Source of the DNA: Oligoflexus sp.
Lineage (GTDB): Bacteria > Bdellovibrionota_B > Oligoflexia > Oligoflexales > Oligoflexaceae
Reading direction: 5' to 3'
DNA: 10,049 nt
Assembly: GCA_041736305.1 (NCBI GenBank)
Contig: JBGSTX010000301.1
Span: forward strand, 1-10,049
Under the pieces are notes generated by a model that was given only the letters and a program-made list of their open reading frames with translations, did not search any database and was not told where the DNA came from. A program made the position numbers and the translations under genes. Positions 7,660-10,049 of the stretch are shown piece after piece; position 1 is the stretch's first letter; each line of letters opens with the position of its first letter.

Positions 7660-8504
7660 AAGTCGAACAAGAGAGAGAGATCAGACCACGGAGCGGCGGT
7701 GATAATCGAACTGGTCGAGATGAAGTCAACTCCCGACGTCGCTATCTCGCGAACGTTGTGCAGCCGCACATTGCCAGACGCTTCGGTCAGAGCGCGGCCG
7801 TTGATCCACTTAACCGCTTCCTTCATCTGCTCGACCTCCATGTTGTCGAGCATGATAATGTCGGCGCCGGCAGTGAGAGCCTCTTTGACCTCAGCCAGCT
7901 GCGTGGTTTCCACTTCGATTTTAAGCGTTGGAGGCAAGCTTTCGTGAAGGCGCTGCACCGCTTTGCTGATGCCGCCTGCGGCCCGGATATGATTTTCTTT
8001 GACGATGACACCATCGCAGAGCCCAAAGCGGTGATTGCGGGCTCCGCCGATGACAGTGGCAGATTTTTCGAGGATACGCAGACCGGGAGTAGTTTTGCGG
8101 GTGTCGAGCAATTGCGTCTTGGTGCCTTCAAGAGCCTCTACGAAGGAACGGGTCAGCGTCGCGATACCGCACATGCGCCCCATGAGATTCAGCGCGACTC
8201 GCTCGGCTTTAAGTATGGAGCGGGCCCGACCTTCGATGGACAAGATTTCTGTTCGCTTGCTAGCAGCTTGCCCATTGCCGAGCTTAATCTGAACATTGAG
8301 GCTTGGATCTACCTTGTGAAACACCGCAGCGGCGATGTCGACCCCTGCTGCTATACAGTCTTCCTTGGCGATGATGCGAGCCTTCGCACGCCGATCGCTG
8401 TCTACGCAAAGATCGGTAGTCCAATCTCCGTAACCCCAGTCTTCCTCGAGGGCCTTGAGGATAATGGGTTCGATCTGAATTAGGTGCAGCTCATGCATGG
8501 CCAT
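7656..8504 (-). CDS. nadC: Carboxylating nicotinate-nucleotide diphosphorylase (quinolinate phosphoribosyltransferase)
   Basis: Motifs ERVALN, DTRKTTPGLR, NHRFGL, KENHI, IEVE, IMLDN and EASG. AAGGGGG Shine-Dalgarno 7 nt upstream of the ATG at 8504. Confidence 0.96.
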   Translation of the reverse strand: MAMHELHLIQIEPIILKALEEDWGYGDWTTDLCVDSDRRAKARIIAKEDCIAAGVDIAAAVFHKVDPSLNVQIKLGNGQAASKRTEILSIEGRARSILKAERVALNLMGRMCGIATLTRSFVEALEGTKTQLLDTRKTTPGLRILEKSATVIGGARNHRFGLCDGVIVKENHIRAAGGISKAVQRLHESLPPTLKIEVETTQLAEVKEALTAGADIIMLDNMEVEQMKEAVKWINGRALTEASGNVRLHNVREIATSGVDFISTSSIITAAPWSDLSLLFDL

Positions 8505-8510
8505 GGCCAG

Positions 8511-8577
8511 GCCCCCTTATGGCAAAAGTTCCTGAAGTCCCCGTGCAGGGATACATGCGGAACTTGCTCCAAAAGGA
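8511..8577 (-). other. Long imperfect stem-loop spanning the romR-like/nadC intergenic region
   Basis: Inverted repeat AAGTTCC (8526-8532) / GGAACTT (8559-8565), an inner UCCCU/GGGGA stem, and an outer GUCCUUUU/AAGGGGGC pairing that relies on G-U pairs. Confidence 0.45.
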
Positions 8578-8578
8578 C

Positions 8579-9343
8579 TTATTTGTCAACGAGGAGGCGG
8601 CTTCTTTCCTGGGTCAGTCGTTCGAGTTCGCGGGTGATGAGCTCCCGCGCTAAGGCCGGAAAATGCTTCTTACAATAGTCTTCGACTGTAGCTTTGACCC
8701 AGCGTTCCAATTCTTCTTTGAGCATCGGTTCAAGCACCTGGCTGACTGTGCTCGAACGAGTTTCGCGGCGCTGAGTTATTTCGATACCTTCTATATCGTC
8801 GAGTGCAAAACTATTCGAGAGTGGGGGCTGCGTCACGCGAGCGTCGTTGAGACCCAAATCGAAACTACCCGGGATCATGTCCACAGGCTTCATCGAGCGG
8901 CTGGACGACTCTTCTTGCAGAGGGCGGGGGGCACGGCTCACAGGTGGCGGAGGCGGCAGGTTGCTTTGGCGATAGGGAAGGGCTCGACCTAGTGCCTGCC
9001 GGGTGACGACCAGAAGCTGGGACGAGTCGAAGGGCTTCTTGAGGAAATGGAAGAAGCCAGCCCCCCTAAATTGCCCCTCGTCAATATTGTCATAGCTACC
9101 CTCGATGATGATGAAGGGCGTATGGGGTGCCTGATTGCGCAGGTTAACGAAGTCCTGCACGCTTTGAACACCGGCAACTGCCGCATCGGCTATGACCAGG
9201 GTCGGCGCGGTCTTGGCGATTTCCTGCATGGCTTCAGGGCAGCTGTCTGCCTCGCTGATCAGCACATCGTAGTCTTGAAAGGCTAGCTTGATGACCCTCT
9301 GGATTGTCGATGAATCGTCGATGACGAGCCAACGTTCTCCCAT
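8579..9343 (-). CDS. romR: RomR-like response regulator: receiver domain, Pro-rich linker and C-terminal helical RomR-C-like motif
   Basis: Receiver motifs DDSSTI, D53, GSYDNIDE and KPFDSSQLL resemble the Myxococcus/Bdellovibrio RomR receiver as I recall it. The linker contains PPPPP. The C-terminal PALARELITRELERL resembles the RomR-C pattern PxLAExxIREELERL. GGAGG Shine-Dalgarno. The receiver call is firm and RomR orthology is inferred. Confidence 0.8.
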   Translation of the reverse strand: MGERWLVIDDSSTIQRVIKLAFQDYDVLISEADSCPEAMQEIAKTAPTLVIADAAVAGVQSVQDFVNLRNQAPHTPFIIIEGSYDNIDEGQFRGAGFFHFLKKPFDSSQLLVVTRQALGRALPYRQSNLPPPPPVSRAPRPLQEESSSRSMKPVDMIPGSFDLGLNDARVTQPPLSNSFALDDIEGIEITQRRETRSSTVSQVLEPMLKEELERWVKATVEDYCKKHFPALARELITRELERLTQERSRLLVDK

Positions 9344-9415
9344 GATATCCCTCCATCACCGCCAGACCTCTAGGGTTGGCGCATAAGCAGCTGAAGTGTC
9401 CGTGATTCGAGGATT

Positions 9416-9444
9416 ATTATAGCAGACACACGAAAACCTGTCTC
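9416..9444 (-). promoter_or_regulatory. Sigma-70 extended -10 promoter for romR-nadC-birA/coaX
   Basis: Minus strand TGcTATAAT (9424-9416) is a consensus extended -10. GAGACA (9444-9439) lies at 17 nt spacing. Confidence 0.7.
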
Positions 9445-9465
9445 GGAGCAGTCCTCTGAGCCAGG
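9433..9465 (-). terminator. Possible weak intrinsic terminator after the 100-aa gene
   Basis: Imperfect hairpin CCTG-g-CTC-a-GAG-gactg-CTC-c-GAG-a-CAGG followed by TTTT on the minus strand. It has two mismatches and a short U tract. Confidence 0.25.
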
Positions 9466-9487
9466 CTTCGGAACTTGTGGAAAAGGT

Positions 9488-9790
9488 TCAGCAGGCTTTT
9501 CGGCGATCGAGCTTCTCATTGACGGCAACCAAGATCAGGTTGCGAACATGATTGCGGTTTTCCTCTATAGCGCGCTTCACCAAATCGTAATCATCCCAGC
9601 TGAAAAAGCTTTGATGCTTGCCATTCAGCTCTTTGAAACACTTGATGCGCAGATTCTCAAGGTAAACGGCTTTCGATTCATAGAGGCTTTTCAGCGTCTC
9701 GGGATCGAGGCCCTCGGCCATGATGGGCTTCATCAATTCGCCCATGATTTCTTTATAAGTTTCATAATCTGTCGAAGGCCGCTCACCCAT
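9488..9790 (-). CDS. Hypothetical cytoplasmic, charged, probably helical protein (100 aa)
   Basis: ATG at 9790 preceded by GGGAG (the track's TTG at 9802 overlaps this Shine-Dalgarno). Natural amphipathic-helix composition. No family recognised. Confidence 0.8.
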   Translation of the reverse strand: MGERPSTDYETYKEIMGELMKPIMAEGLDPETLKSLYESKAVYLENLRIKCFKELNGKHQSFFSWDDYDLVKRAIEENRNHVRNLILVAVNEKLDRRKAC

Positions 9791-9833
9791 AACGTCTCCC
9801 AAGACCAGTCAATATCCTGTTCAGATATTCTTC

Positions 9834-9860
9834 ATGTCGACCAATTTTGAGAAGAACTTA
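9834..9860 (-). promoter_or_regulatory. Putative sigma-28 (FliA) promoter
   Basis: Minus strand TAAG (9860-9857), N15, GTCGACAT (9841-9834), compared with the consensus TAAA-N15-GCCGATAA. It ends about 45 nt upstream of the ATG at 9790. Confidence 0.5.
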
Positions 9861-9947
9861 AGTAAGCTTCCCCACAAGGTCCTTGGTGCGTCGGCAAAAA
9901 AGCATGAAACTGCCTATGTGGCTGATGACCTAAACTAAAAGCCCAAC

Positions 9948-9976
9948 TTGCCTCCACGGAGCTCTGGCATTAGACT
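9948..9976 (+). promoter_or_regulatory. Putative sigma-70 promoter for the gene at the right edge
   Basis: TTGCCT (9948-9953), 17 nt spacer, TAGACT (9971-9976). Confidence 0.5.
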
Positions 9977-10009
9977 GAGTCGATCACGAACATGCGAGGA
10001 GGGTGTGGT

Positions 10010-10049
10010 TTGGGCCTGCAGCAGGGAAGTTTTTCGCTCACGCGCTATC
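10010..10049 (+). CDS. 5' start of a gene running off the right edge, possibly RdgC-like
   Basis: AGGAGG (9997-10002) lies 7 nt before TTG at 10010 and the frame reads MGLQQGSFSLTRY. This resembles the MGxxxGSxSxTRY N-termini I recall from deltaproteobacterial RdgC-like proteins, but only 13 codons are visible. An in-frame ATG also exists at 9992. Confidence 0.55.
   Translation, partial: MGLQQGSFSLTRY

Noticed and set aside
7670..7680. (AG)5 dinucleotide run near the nadC 3' end as a phase-variation site
   Set aside because: It is too short and simply encodes the conserved D-L-S-L end in frame.
7758..8483. 241-aa plus-strand ORF
   Set aside because: It is an antisense shadow of nadC.
8492..8509. 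Nested palindromes (CATGGCCATG, TGGCCATGGCCA) at the nadC start
   Set aside because: They are explained by the Met-Ala-Met-His codons. There is no independent evidence of function.
8663..9850. Plus-strand ORFs 8663-8992, 9047-9286 and 9548-9850
   Set aside because: They are antisense to the romR-like gene and the 100-aa gene, both of which have better start signals.
1..10049. CRISPR array, tRNA/rRNA, IS or prophage genes, defence systems
   Set aside because: I saw no periodic repeats, cloverleaf structures, or transposase, integrase or nuclease motifs. The window is densely packed with housekeeping genes.

Overview
This is a housekeeping-type bacterial region. I infer Bdellovibrionota/Oligoflexia or a related former Deltaproteobacterium from the RomR-like regulator and the gene content. 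Minus strand, 151-3960: a tightly coupled cytochrome c maturation (System I) operon of ccmF, ccmH, a stand-alone CcmI-N-like protein, an exported membrane-anchored protein and a small membrane protein with a CxxC-x6-CxxC tail. Plus strand, 4209-6141: mtaB (tRNA methylthiotransferase) and a DOMON-like protein. Minus strand, 6130-9790: a 100-aa hypothetical gene behind a putative sigma-28 promoter, a RomR-like polarity response regulator, nadC, and a BirA-CoaX (biotin ligase/type III pantothenate kinase) fusion. Partial genes lie at both edges. I saw no mobile element, CRISPR array or RNA gene, and no clearly novel system. The best leads are the compact RomR with a divergent C-terminal motif, a structured nadC leader that could mask the ribosome-binding site, the uncharacterised ccm accessory genes, the BirA-CoaX fusion and the sigma-28-type promoter. 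All family assignments come from motif recognition by eye, not from database searches.
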